NCBI GenBank assembly: GCA_003023695.1
Contig: PXYW01000002.1
Location: 89,619-153,618 of the forward strand
DNA from: Sulfobacillus benefaciens
Lineage (GTDB): Bacteria > Bacillota > Sulfobacillia > Sulfobacillales > Sulfobacillaceae
DNA: 64,000 bases
Direction: 5' to 3'
Shown here piece by piece: positions 9,319 through 18,761 of this stretch. The number at the start of each line of letters is the position of its first letter. Within the stretch, counting starts at the first letter, position 1. Under the pieces are notes generated by a model. That model was not told the DNA's origin and made no database searches. It saw only the letters and a list, made by a program, of their open reading frames with translations. Both the position numbers and the translations under genes were made by a program.

Positions 9319-10629
9319 TTACTTCTTCTCTATATCCGAATGGACAATTAACGCTGCAGCCTCTCCCTGGATATCCGGCAATGCACTTTGATTTGGTTCA
9401 ATGCGCCAAACCCAACTGAGAAAAGATCCCAATACCGCTGCCACTCCGGTCGTAGCCAACACACCGCCTAAGCCAAAGCGAACCTCAATAAAGCCTAATA
9501 AGAATACACCAGCTATCGCACCCACACGGCTAACTGCCGTAGACACCCCTAATGCTGTGGCTCTCATAGGCGTGGGAAATACCTCAGCCGGAATGATGCC
9601 GCAGGTGGTTCCAGGGCCCGTTCCGTTTAACAAATTCACTATCATTAATCCCCCTAGTAATACTGCAAACACTTTGAAGTCCACCCAAAGCATGATGGCC
9701 AAAATCCATAGCCCAATCCCCGACCACAAAAAACCACGGACTTGCAGGGCAATGCGTCCCCTGCGATCCAGTTGAAACATCGCCCATACGGACCCCAAGC
9801 CCCCGAATAAAGCAGCCAGTCCAGTCCCTAAAATAGCGCCCGTAGAAGAAGTCAATCCATTGGATTTCAAAAGCAAGGGCAACAACAACCCTAATCCATA
9901 GGTAGAAAAGTCCATCAAAAACCATGGCACCAAGGACAACAGCCATGCTCTCCCCAACCCTGTCACTCGCGAGGAAACTTTCGTAGGATGGTCCGCTTTC
10001 TTTTTCGTGCCATACTTAAGCCAATGGGGAGACTCTGGCAACTGTCTACGCATGAGGAGTCCAATAGCTGCAGGGATTAACGCCAGAGCAAACAAGACTC
10101 GCCAACTCAACTGTGGGGGCATCCAACCCACAATGGCAGCTCCTAACCCGAAGCTTAATACCGCGCCAACTGACCATGCCAACCACACATATCCCAATTG
10201 ATATCCTCTTGTCTGGCGCGGTGCAAACTCGGCTAAATAGGTGGGAGAAATGGCGTAATCCGCCCCTACCGCTAACCCCACAATGAATCGTGCTAGAACA
10301 AGCCATATATAGCTAAATAGAAATGCGGAAGCTAAGGAAAATATCATAAAGATTATCAAGTCCCAAATTAATAGGGTCTTCCGTCCGAATCTATCGGCCA
10401 GAATGCCTGCCGTTAATCCCCCCGCTATAGAACCCAGCAACATCGCCGACGCCAGAAGTCCGGTGGCCGCCGCTCCCAGACGAAATTGCACCGTTAAGGG
10501 AACTAAAGCCACGGCAATCACGGAGAGATTATAGCCGTCAAGTAAAATCCCTAGACTCGAGACCGTGCGAATTCTCTTTAGTAACCGTATATCGGGATCC
10601 GACAAAGAACTTCCCATTCGGCTGCCCAC
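9319..10629 (-). CDS. MFS transporter (sugar-porter/PHS-like)
   Basis: About 12 hydrophobic segments, LLDGYNLSVI in the first helix and the loop motif ADRFGRK. It is a paralogue of the gene at 46623..48017. Confidence 0.8.
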   Translation of the reverse strand: MGSRMGSSLSDPDIRLLKRIRTVSSLGILLDGYNLSVIAVALVPLTVQFRLGAAATGLLASAMLLGSIAGGLTAGILADRFGRKTLLIWDLIIFMIFSLASAFLFSYIWLVLARFIVGLAVGADYAISPTYLAEFAPRQTRGYQLGYVWLAWSVGAVLSFGLGAAIVGWMPPQLSWRVLFALALIPAAIGLLMRRQLPESPHWLKYGTKKKADHPTKVSSRVTGLGRAWLLSLVPWFLMDFSTYGLGLLLPLLLKSNGLTSSTGAILGTGLAALFGGLGSVWAMFQLDRRGRIALQVRGFLWSGIGLWILAIMLWVDFKVFAVLLGGLMIVNLLNGTGPGTTCGIIPAEVFPTPMRATALGVSTAVSRVGAIAGVFLLGFIEVRFGLGGVLATTGVAAVLGSFLSWVWRIEPNQSALPDIQGEAAALIVHSDIEKK

Positions 10630-10763
10630 TACTTTCTTAGTGAATTTGGTCCAAACCTAAAACCATATTGAAGTGAAAATCAGAGCAACACTAACCACTT
10701 TCCATTGTAAACTATTGATGTTGCCCGCATGGACATTCTTTCATTTGTCGACTAAGTGCAGCT

Positions 10764-11459
10764 TGGACCCCGAATGTCGAGTTACCCGATTGGGCTTCAC
10801 CAAGTCGAACTTGAGATGTAGCATTAACTAAACCGATACCATTTGTCTAAAAGTAGCATTGCGAGAAACGAACGGTCTCCCAAATTGCCGCTGCGCATCA
10901 AGTTCATCCGGGGCAGTTACATCGATGGAAGCGTCAGGCGCTCGACAACTTCGCCCAGCTTTTCACTGAATCGGAGACCCTGAAACAGCAAGCCCAGGCC
11001 CACGACCAGGAGATGACGGAGCTATATGCCCAAATTGGCAAGCTCACGACCCAGGTCGAGTGGCTCAAAAAAAATCTGGCCTCGACCCTGTCTCGCGGTG
11101 AGCGCACGCGGCTGGTGGATTCGGGTCCCGAGGCTTTGTCGCTGACGCGGGACGGTGCGCAATGCCCCAGCTTTGATCAGGCGTATGCCTTCGACCATGC
11201 AAAATCGCTGGTCATCAATCCGGGCACTTCTCACGTCGCTGTTTTTGTGGGATCGCCGAACGTTACCGACAGCAGGGTTATGGCCCAAGAGTTCCAGCCT
11301 ATCATGCCCCGTTCTCCGCCTCCAGCGAGATCATCGCCCACGCCAGTCGTGGATGCGTATTGTCCACGGGTGATAAGGGGCTTAACAGACCGTGTGCCCC
11401 GAAGCTCATGCTTTACGAACGCCAAATGCAACCAATACTTAGTCGCGATGCACAGTGCT
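10764..11459 (+). mobile_element. IS3-family insertion sequence remnant (orfA readable, orfB decayed and truncated)
   Basis: Putative end TGGACCCCGAATG at 10764. OrfA-like translation ...EKRTVSQIAAAHQVHPGQLHRWKRQALDNFAQLF...ELYAQIGKLTTQVEWLKKNL. Downstream only frame-scrambled traces remain, and I see no catalytic DDE region. Confidence 0.65.
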
Positions 11460-11945
11460 TCATCCGGGTACTAGGTCCGGGCTTCCAACGGGTAAGAGAA
11501 CGCTGTCCCGTCGATTGAACCGCTCAGCGAGTGTACCAGACAATGTCTTAAACGCTATTTTGTCAAACGCCTCAAGACGGTCCACGACCAGCAACGTTTT
11601 GCGATCAACGACAAATAACGTCGGAGTGATCAGCGGATCATACAACCACGAAATCTCGTAATTCGGTGCATCATCTAGAATGGGGAACGTCACTCCTAAG
11701 GATTGGGCAAAAGTGGCTCCCTCGCCTTTCTGGGTATCCTGCGCAATTCCTATCACCGGTAAATCAGGCCCATACCCCTGATACAAAAGCTCCAGTGCCT
11801 GCAACGCTGCATGGCTCGCTTGACAATGTGGTTTCCAAAACATCAGCACACTCCACGGCCGCGAAACACTATCAAGCGCTGCCCGGTTCTCGTTGCTCAA
11901 TTTTACGTCAAGCCACGGTGCCGTCATACCGACTGCCAACGTCAT
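11460..11945 (-). CDS. thioredoxin-fold redoxin (TlpA/AhpC-TSA-like), CxxS variant
   Basis: MTLAVGMTAPWLDVKL...SVLMFWKPHCQASHAAL..., with CQAS in place of the usual CxxC. I chose the ATG at 11945, preceded by AAGGGGG, instead of the ORF-track 12008. Confidence 0.65.
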   Translation of the reverse strand: MTLAVGMTAPWLDVKLSNENRAALDSVSRPWSVLMFWKPHCQASHAALQALELLYQGYGPDLPVIGIAQDTQKGEGATFAQSLGVTFPILDDAPNYEISWLYDPLITPTLFVVDRKTLLVVDRLEAFDKIAFKTLSGTLAERFNRRDSVLLPVGSPDLVPG

Positions 11946-12240
11946 ACTCGTACCCCCTTTGCACCCGATCCACTTAGCCTTACGGAAAACCATAGCGCTC
12001 GATGCCATTCCTCTTCAAGACTCGCTTACTACGGCACTGCTCGCCCCGATCTAACTGTCTCAGCACAACAACTTCACCACCAGCACGGCTTGCGCCACGC
12101 GCGTTGTGGACCTCAGCAGTAATCAAAATAGCACCGATTACGGCAGACCTCCCAATTCATTCCTGGGGTCCGTAGTGCGACAACGCGTGGGCGCAATGCC
12201 GAAATGTGGCCTTTACAGTTTGTAATAGATGCCCTGAGCT

Positions 12241-13209
12241 TTAGCTCTGGCGCGAATGTGCGCTTTGCCGCAACGCTGCCAGTGCTATAAATTCAAAAGC
12301 CAAAGTCGCCAGTTGGGTGATCTGGGCCGTATCATATGCGGGGATTATCTCGACGACGTCGAAGCCGGCAAAGTTTAACCCTCCCAAACGCCGCACAATT
12401 TCTAACCCAAACAAACTGGGCGGGCCCCCCACTTCAGGCGTTCCGGTTCCCGGTGCCTGTGATGGATCAAAAAAATCAATATCAAAAGTAAAAAACACGG
12501 GGCAACTGCCTACCCGACGAGTCACTGCCGAGGCCACTTCGTCCGCCTCCATTTTAACTATATCGGCAGTTGGCATCACTTCAAACCCCAGGTCACGCGA
12601 AGCATCAAGGTCATCCGGGTGATACTCCGTACCTCGCATACCCACCTGGATAGAGTGTTCAGGAACAATAAGCCCCTCCTCACAAGCTCACCGGAAAATT
12701 GTGCCGTGCGTGTGCGTATAACGAATTCCCCAATAGTTGTCCCAGGTATCACAATGCGCATCAAAGTGAATAAGTGCCACAGCGCCATAATGACTTACAA
12801 GACCTCTAATCTCTCCCAATGACACCGAGTGATCGCCTCCCAGACCAATGGGCACCACGTCACTGGCAGCGAGATCCTGATACATTGCTTTTACCATGTC
12901 ATAGGTGCGATGAATGTCTGCCGGAATGGCCGCAATATCGCCGATATCGATGACTCTCAGTTGGTCAACAGCATTCAGACGGTGGTATTGATTGGAGGGA
13001 CGAAGCAAAGTCGAAATATCGCGAATTCCGGCGGGTCCGAATCGTGCTCCCGGTCGGTAACTAGTCGCGGTGTCAAAAGGAATTCCGACAACCGCCACAT
13101 CCGCATCACCCCAGTCTTTAGGATCTGCAACATAGGGTAGTCGCATAAAAGTTCGAATCCCAGAAAATCGAGGGTTCTGTGTTGCACTGGGCAATCCCTG
13201 ATCGGCCAC
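12241..13209 (-). pseudogene. speB: agmatinase/guanidino-acid hydrolase (ureohydrolase family) interrupted by a single in-frame TGA
   Basis: Ureohydrolase motifs are present: GGDHS, DAHCD, FDIDFFDP. ORFs 12688..13209 and 12241..12645 share one frame, and the 42 nt between them encode ACEEGLIVPEHSIQVG. The only break is the TGA at 12690..12688. Confidence 0.8.
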
Positions 13210-13399
13210 CGATGTGGTCCCCCTTTCACTTTTCGGTTGTTACAAGCTATCCAGTTAGGGCGTCAAACCTCAAGCAATGAGGGAATTTTCAATTTTCGTC
13301 ACTATGAAGCATTGGCCGCGATTGGAACTTGGCGTAATAGCGCCAGGCCAACGCCACATCCTGCGGTTCAAGCTGAAGGCGCGGCAATGATTCCGCCCC

Positions 13400-14100
13400 T
13401 TGGACATCGGCCTACTTCAGATCTTTCTAACTTCCCGTCGCCAAGTCCCAATGAGCGTCTAAACGCCACGTGGTGCCACGACTTCCCGGATCTTAAATGG
13501 TCGTCCCATGCGTCATCACCAGTCGAAACCGGCGATACCATGGTGAGCGCTTAATAAGTTAGGGCCTATGTGGTGCCGCCCCCTGTCTCTATCGGATGTT
13601 CGCAAGAACATCGCGGATTTTTGAGGACGCTGTCCCGTTCCGCACATATTCTCGATGAAATGGTTAATGAGGTGATCTCCCAATTATGGCATCAAGGGAC
13701 TTTATCAGGTGGTCTTAATCAATGGTCATGGAGGAAATTACATCTTGACTTTCGCACCCAGAATTGTTGGTGCATGTCCAACCGGGAGAAGAGACTCCTC
13801 TCCCAAGTCTTAGCGCTAGTTTACCCAGATTCGCAATACGGCGCGATGACCGACTCTGCAATAATCATTGACAGGAACGATGATAATGCTGTTTTCCCCA
13901 GTCTGCAATGCTACAGTTAAATCCGAATCTGCCGTAATCCACTGCTTACCATACGTTAGAGCACTCCAGATGCCGCAAAGACGTGATACGGACGCGGTTT
14001 TCATGAATGACCGCGTATGCCGATGCGTGTATCGTCTGCCCCCAAAGGAGCCGGGTCCCGCTGCACTCTGACTCCGTGGACGCAGGGGTTTTAATGGCCT
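13400..14100 (+). pseudogene. creatininase-family (creatinine amidohydrolase-like) gene remnant, frameshifted
   Basis: One frame reads SIGCSQEHRGFLRTLSRSAHILDEMVNEVISQL (13585 onward). The next frame reads IKGLYQVVLINGHGGNY (13712..13741 = VLINGHGGNY), the hallmark of the family. No continuous ORF exists and the boundaries are approximate. Confidence 0.5.
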
Positions 14101-14243
14101 TGTCAAAACCGCCGGAGTTGCCGCCTAGGATAATTGTTGTCTACAGGCGGGAAAATCCCCAGATCGACAGAGCAGGTGGCCTGGGACCAGTTGCCAGGTC
14201 CCAGGTGCACCACGAAGAGGTGAGGAACCAGAGACTCGGGCTG

Positions 14244-15746
14244 CTAATCGAATTCGCCGACCCTTGATATCTCTATCCCCATTGCGGCATCGTCTGTGTC
14301 AGGCAGTACGCTCACGCTCGTGCTCCGGGCAACGAAGCCTTTATAGAGAACAAATCCGGCCAAGGGGCCGACAAAAGCGCTGAGGTCCATTCCGCCTAAA
14401 AGAGCTTTGGATACCGGGCTCTCCCATAGCGTGGAGTCTACCGTCCAGAGGGCCAGAAACGATGACAGTAACAGGATCGTAATAGCGGTCCAGTTTGTGC
14501 CCTTGGAATACCAATACCGCCCCGATGATGTGGTGTCCACAAGCGCCAGGCGGTCGTAGTGCCCCTTGCGTGTTACGAAATCCGCAAGAAACATGCCGGT
14601 CCACGGTCCGATCACGAGAATGGATAGGCCCAGAAAATTCTGAAAAAATGCCAAAAAACCTTGTGCAATAAATAGTGCATACAAAGTAATTGCCACCGCG
14701 ATCACGCTATCAAAAACCACGGAAACATGCCGCTTCATGCGCACCCCAATCGCGAGGAAACTCATCCCGGAGCTGTAGGAGTTAAGATAGTTCGCCGAGA
14801 CTAGCCCTACGATCACCACAATAAGAAAAGGCACCACATACCATGTAGGCAGCACCGCCATAATGGCGCCTACGGGATTCGCCGCAAACGCTTTCGGGCT
14901 GACAAATGATCCCAACAGCACACCAAGGACCAGCTCGATGCCCGCCGCGAGTCCGCTGCCCAACCAAGTATAGCGGACGATAGCAGATCCCGCATTGTGC
15001 GACGGCATGTATCGGGTATAGTCAGAAGCATAATTTGTCCATGAGAAAACTGTGGACATGAGGCCAATAGATAACGCAAAAATCATCGTGGTTAAAGGCC
15101 CTGATGCCCACAAGGCCGATGGCGATGGTTGAAAATTCCAGTGCACATGCGGAAGGATGACGACAATCAACATCAAGGAGAGGGCGCCTAGGATATAGGC
15201 AAGCACACGCTGCATTACGACCACGGTTTCATGACCTAAAATCGGGATGCTGAAAGTTAAGACAACACCAACAATAATCGCCATTAACGTCGTGAGGATC
15301 CCAGCAGAAGGCAGAGATAACACACGGAACAAGGCTAGAAGAGCATACACAGTAAGTACCATATTGACCGCTTCCCACCCTACGTTGTTGATCCAACTGA
15401 AGGCAGCGGGAAGACGGTTGCCTTTGATTCCAAATATTGCGCGTGTAATGGTCAAAGTGGCCGTCCCCGTTTTGGCCCCCGGAAGGCTCGCCCATCCCAA
15501 AATGACAAAAGATCCTACGCACACCGCGGACACAGCCAGTGATTCTAATATATTGAGGCCCATGGCGGTAAATAGCTCGCCGATAATAATCGCGCTGAAA
15601 CTCAATTCGGCTGCGAGCCAAACGTTAAACAGTTCCCGTGGCTTCCCGTGCCTTTCGCCCTCTGGTATGATATTGATTCCATTGGTTTCGACATGAAAAG
15701 CTCTATCATGAGTATCAATATCTGACATCTTTGCGCTCATGCACAA
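14244..15746 (-). CDS. NCS1-family permease (purine/cytosine/allantoin-type)
   Basis: 500 aa, about 12 TM segments. The N-terminus ...HVETNGINIIPEGERHGKPRELFNVWLAAELSF is typical of purine-cytosine permeases. Confidence 0.85.
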   Translation of the reverse strand: MCMSAKMSDIDTHDRAFHVETNGINIIPEGERHGKPRELFNVWLAAELSFSAIIIGELFTAMGLNILESLAVSAVCVGSFVILGWASLPGAKTGTATLTITRAIFGIKGNRLPAAFSWINNVGWEAVNMVLTVYALLALFRVLSLPSAGILTTLMAIIVGVVLTFSIPILGHETVVVMQRVLAYILGALSLMLIVVILPHVHWNFQPSPSALWASGPLTTMIFALSIGLMSTVFSWTNYASDYTRYMPSHNAGSAIVRYTWLGSGLAAGIELVLGVLLGSFVSPKAFAANPVGAIMAVLPTWYVVPFLIVVIVGLVSANYLNSYSSGMSFLAIGVRMKRHVSVVFDSVIAVAITLYALFIAQGFLAFFQNFLGLSILVIGPWTGMFLADFVTRKGHYDRLALVDTTSSGRYWYSKGTNWTAITILLLSSFLALWTVDSTLWESPVSKALLGGMDLSAFVGPLAGFVLYKGFVARSTSVSVLPDTDDAAMGIEISRVGEFD

Positions 15747-16804
15747 TCCTCCTTAAGGGCTCACATATGGGGGACGTCTTCCACGATAGCCCAGACATCT
15801 TTCTAGGCTAAACCCACTATCACATGAGTGAACCGGTAGTGTCAAGTAGTTGCAGCCATAATTTCTGACATATCTTCCAAAATACATTACATCATTAACA
15901 AATAGTTTCTTAATTTATGTCAGTTCTAGTAAATGTCTAGCGGAAACATTACATGTCGAGTTTGTTAAGGTGAGGCGATCTCGACCCAGTCCCTGAAGGC
16001 AGGCCCGACAACTTGCTGGGTCCTGGTGCTGCGTGGTGGCGAGCCATCTAATGCTAGAAGCTGCAGACAACTCAATCTCCTCCAGGCATCGAGAACGCCA
16101 AAAACGTGACAGTCGCCAAACCCACGTGCACTAACAGGATCCGTGGCTTATGGATGGATGCATCCGAAATAGCGTGAGAATAAAGTGTGTGCGTGCTTTC
16201 GCGCGGCTTGCTCCACTGGCCTTTGCACCCATCGACCAAGTAATCGTCCACGGGCACACCCATAAGCTCTCCGGAAAATTGCACCTTTTGAGGAGGTAGC
16301 ATGGGCCATGATTAAACCGGATATCTCGTTGCTAGTCCTACCGTTGACGCACCATTCCACTTTGGCAATTTAAGCGGTCTTGTATTTGATGGCCTAGGAA
16401 TGACCCCTCAAACAGCGCCTTCAGGGTCGCATAGTCTGGCGACCGTTGGAATTGCCAAAGGTCGACCGCGGCCGACTGAGTTAGTCCGAACGGTTTTCAT
16501 GGCAACAAAAATTAACCGATGCGCAATTTGCCAACATAAGTTAGATCTGTGACAGATCGGGGACCGCTTTGGTACAGTGTGTCAGTAGAGTCGTACCGTT
16601 GATGATTTTCCTGCCATTTGGGAATATGGCAGAGTCTGCCGGCCGTTTCATATCGGGGAACTTCACGAAGAAAGATATAGGCTTCTTCGGAAGTTAGTCG
16701 AAGGGCATGAAAAATCTCGGCAGATTCAATCAATACCCGCAATAAACGGGCTGTCGGCTGCAGTCTGGCCTACAATGGTGAGAACCTCCATGAGTTTTTG
16801 CTGA

Positions 16805-17263
16805 TGGTTTAAGCACTGGCACCGAGGCAGTCAGCCAAAATCATGCCAAATTGATCTAACCATTGCGCCACTCAAGACCGAGATTTGGGATGCCATGGTC
16901 TCGTCCTGCCGGGGTGCCATCGCATCTTTGCAAGAATTGCTGGAAGGCAAATCTCCTAAACCTATCGCAGAACTGTTAACCGCACATCGACTGGGCCCGT
17001 TCCCTGGTCCCAAAGAGATTTCGTAGACCCTAATGTGGCGCCATATTGCGGCACCCCTCTATGGTGTCGGTGTCAGACTAGACAATAGCCTGGCACTCTT
17101 TTGTGAGTTGCGCGGTGTGGATGTCAATCAGCTAGTAGTCCACGCGGTGACGGAAATAACCGAGGCATGTTGCAAAAATCCACGCGCAAGAGTTCCCCCA
17201 ACGACCCGTCCGATTTATTGGTACATGACAGGCAAGAAGCAGCACACAACAGTGATAGCATGA
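16805..17263 (+). pseudogene. SWIM zinc-finger domain protein remnant
   Basis: ...IDLTIAPLKTEIWDAMVSSCRGAIASLQELLEGKSPKPIAELL...GPFPGPKEIS-TAG-TLMWRHIAAPLYGVGVRLDNSLALFCELRGVDVNQL. An in-frame stop and a shortened spacer sit where the CxC...CxH SWIM core should be. Confidence 0.55.
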
Positions 17264-17309
17264 AGCCCTCAGGGACCCACTAACCGTAGTAGGCTTATCT
17301 ACGATCACC

Positions 17310-18422
17310 TTAATGATCTAGGGTTTTCAGCAGCCATCCCAATTCCTCACCCAGCAACGATAACAATTGCGGGGCATTCGCCATCTCCTCCTGAAGAGTC
17401 ATAGGTCCTGTTGCTAGCGGCATCACTAAAGTAAGGCCCGCCAGATGAAGTTCGTGCAAGTCATCAGTACGACTGCCTACCACAGCCACCACTGGCTTAT
17501 GATATTGCTCAGCATGGCGCACTATCGTGCCCACCACCTTCCCCTCTAATGTTTGACGGTCAATGCGTCCTTCGCCAGTCACAATCCAATCGGCTGTCTG
17601 GATTTGTTCATCAAGCTTGCACCAATGCGCAATTGTCTCCGCCCCCGGTTCCAGACATCCGCCAGCAGCCAAAATGCCAAATCCCATTCCGCCAGCTGAT
17701 CCTGCTCCAAGGTTTTCAATCCAGTGTTCGTTTAGCTGCGACTGGATTCGGTGTGCATAGTGAGCCATCTCCGCATTAACCCGATCCACATTGGGTGGCG
17801 CAATCCCTTTTTGAATCCCAAACTGGGCCACGGCCCCACGAGGCCCCAATAACGGCACCTGAACATCGTAAATTCCCATGAGCGGTTTAGTCAGATGCGG
17901 AGCGCTGTATTTCGCGACCTTTCCCAAATTGTCGCCGAAAGGTTCTAAAATTTGACCATGACTATCTTCGAACCGCGCACCAAGGGCTGCTAACAAACCC
18001 ATACCACCATCTGTAGATCCGGTTCCGCCCAACGCTACAATGACCCTATCAATCCCTGGATCGGCTAAAGCGTGAGCAATCAATAGACCAGTACCAAGAC
18101 TAGTCGTATGTTCCCCGCTAAACTGGCGGCTTTCAGGTGGCACAAATCCAGATCCTACTGCTGCCTCCACTACTGCCACTCGTTCCCACCGGATCCAATA
18201 TCCTTCGGTGGGCTGTCCGTAAATCGTTACCGTAGGGGAGAAAACACGACGGCCTCCCAAATGCTCGACCACCGCTCCTGTTCCCTCGCCACCATCTGCC
18301 ATTGGCTGAATCCGCACTGAATTTTCGGGAAGCACATGGGACAGGCCTCGAGCTAATCCAGTGGCTACGGCTTGTGCTGAGAGCGATCCCTTGAAAGAGT
18401 CCGGCGCTATCAAGATTTGCAT
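17310..18422 (-). CDS. glxK: glycerate kinase
   Basis: MQILIAPDSFKGSLSA... is the hallmark N-terminus. The start is set at the ATG at 18422, preceded by GAGGGA. Confidence 0.9.
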   Translation of the reverse strand: MQILIAPDSFKGSLSAQAVATGLARGLSHVLPENSVRIQPMADGGEGTGAVVEHLGGRRVFSPTVTIYGQPTEGYWIRWERVAVVEAAVGSGFVPPESRQFSGEHTTSLGTGLLIAHALADPGIDRVIVALGGTGSTDGGMGLLAALGARFEDSHGQILEPFGDNLGKVAKYSAPHLTKPLMGIYDVQVPLLGPRGAVAQFGIQKGIAPPNVDRVNAEMAHYAHRIQSQLNEHWIENLGAGSAGGMGFGILAAGGCLEPGAETIAHWCKLDEQIQTADWIVTGEGRIDRQTLEGKVVGTIVRHAEQYHKPVVAVVGSRTDDLHELHLAGLTLVMPLATGPMTLQEEMANAPQLLSLLGEELGWLLKTLDH

Positions 18423-18761
18423 GATGTCAGGTTCCCTCATCCTCAAAAAATTCATTGTGCATTGGAAACTTACAAACAACTTCTCGATACTACCGCATTA
18501 CAAGCAGTATAGGCCTACGTTTGGCGATCAGCAATATCTGGATGGAGAGCGCATCACGGGGATTGCCTGCGCAATTGGTACCTCATCTGTTGTAAAGCGT
18601 TTAATTGAGCTCTATCCCCCGATAAATACCTGCGTTAATACTGTCGGAATTGTCTGGGCCATGATATACTGCGGATAGCTTCAAGCAGGTGATTGCCTGA
18701 TTTCTCCTTCCACTGGATCGCTCCCGGCGCTGGCTCTCGTGTTGTGGACGGAGGGAAAAAG

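Noticed and set aside
12688-12690. In-frame TGA of the agmatinase-family gene read as selenocysteine or programmed recoding
   Set aside because: The position corresponds to a conserved basic (Arg) residue, not a catalytic Cys or Sec site. I noticed no stable hairpin directly downstream and no sel genes in the window. A nonsense mutation (CGA to TGA) is the simpler explanation.
13237-13920. ORFs 13237..13554 (105 aa) and 13570..13920 (116 aa) as genuine novel genes
   Set aside because: Their translations contain creatininase-family blocks that continue in other frames, so they are accidental open frames across a decayed gene.
16072-16742. ORFs 16072..16302, 16148..16360 and 16512..16742 (minus strand) as genes or transposase remnants
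   Set aside because: The translations have no RBS and only vague, frame-hopping resemblance to IS630/IS5-type transposases that I could not substantiate. I left them unannotated as probable decayed DNA. BLASTX would settle it.
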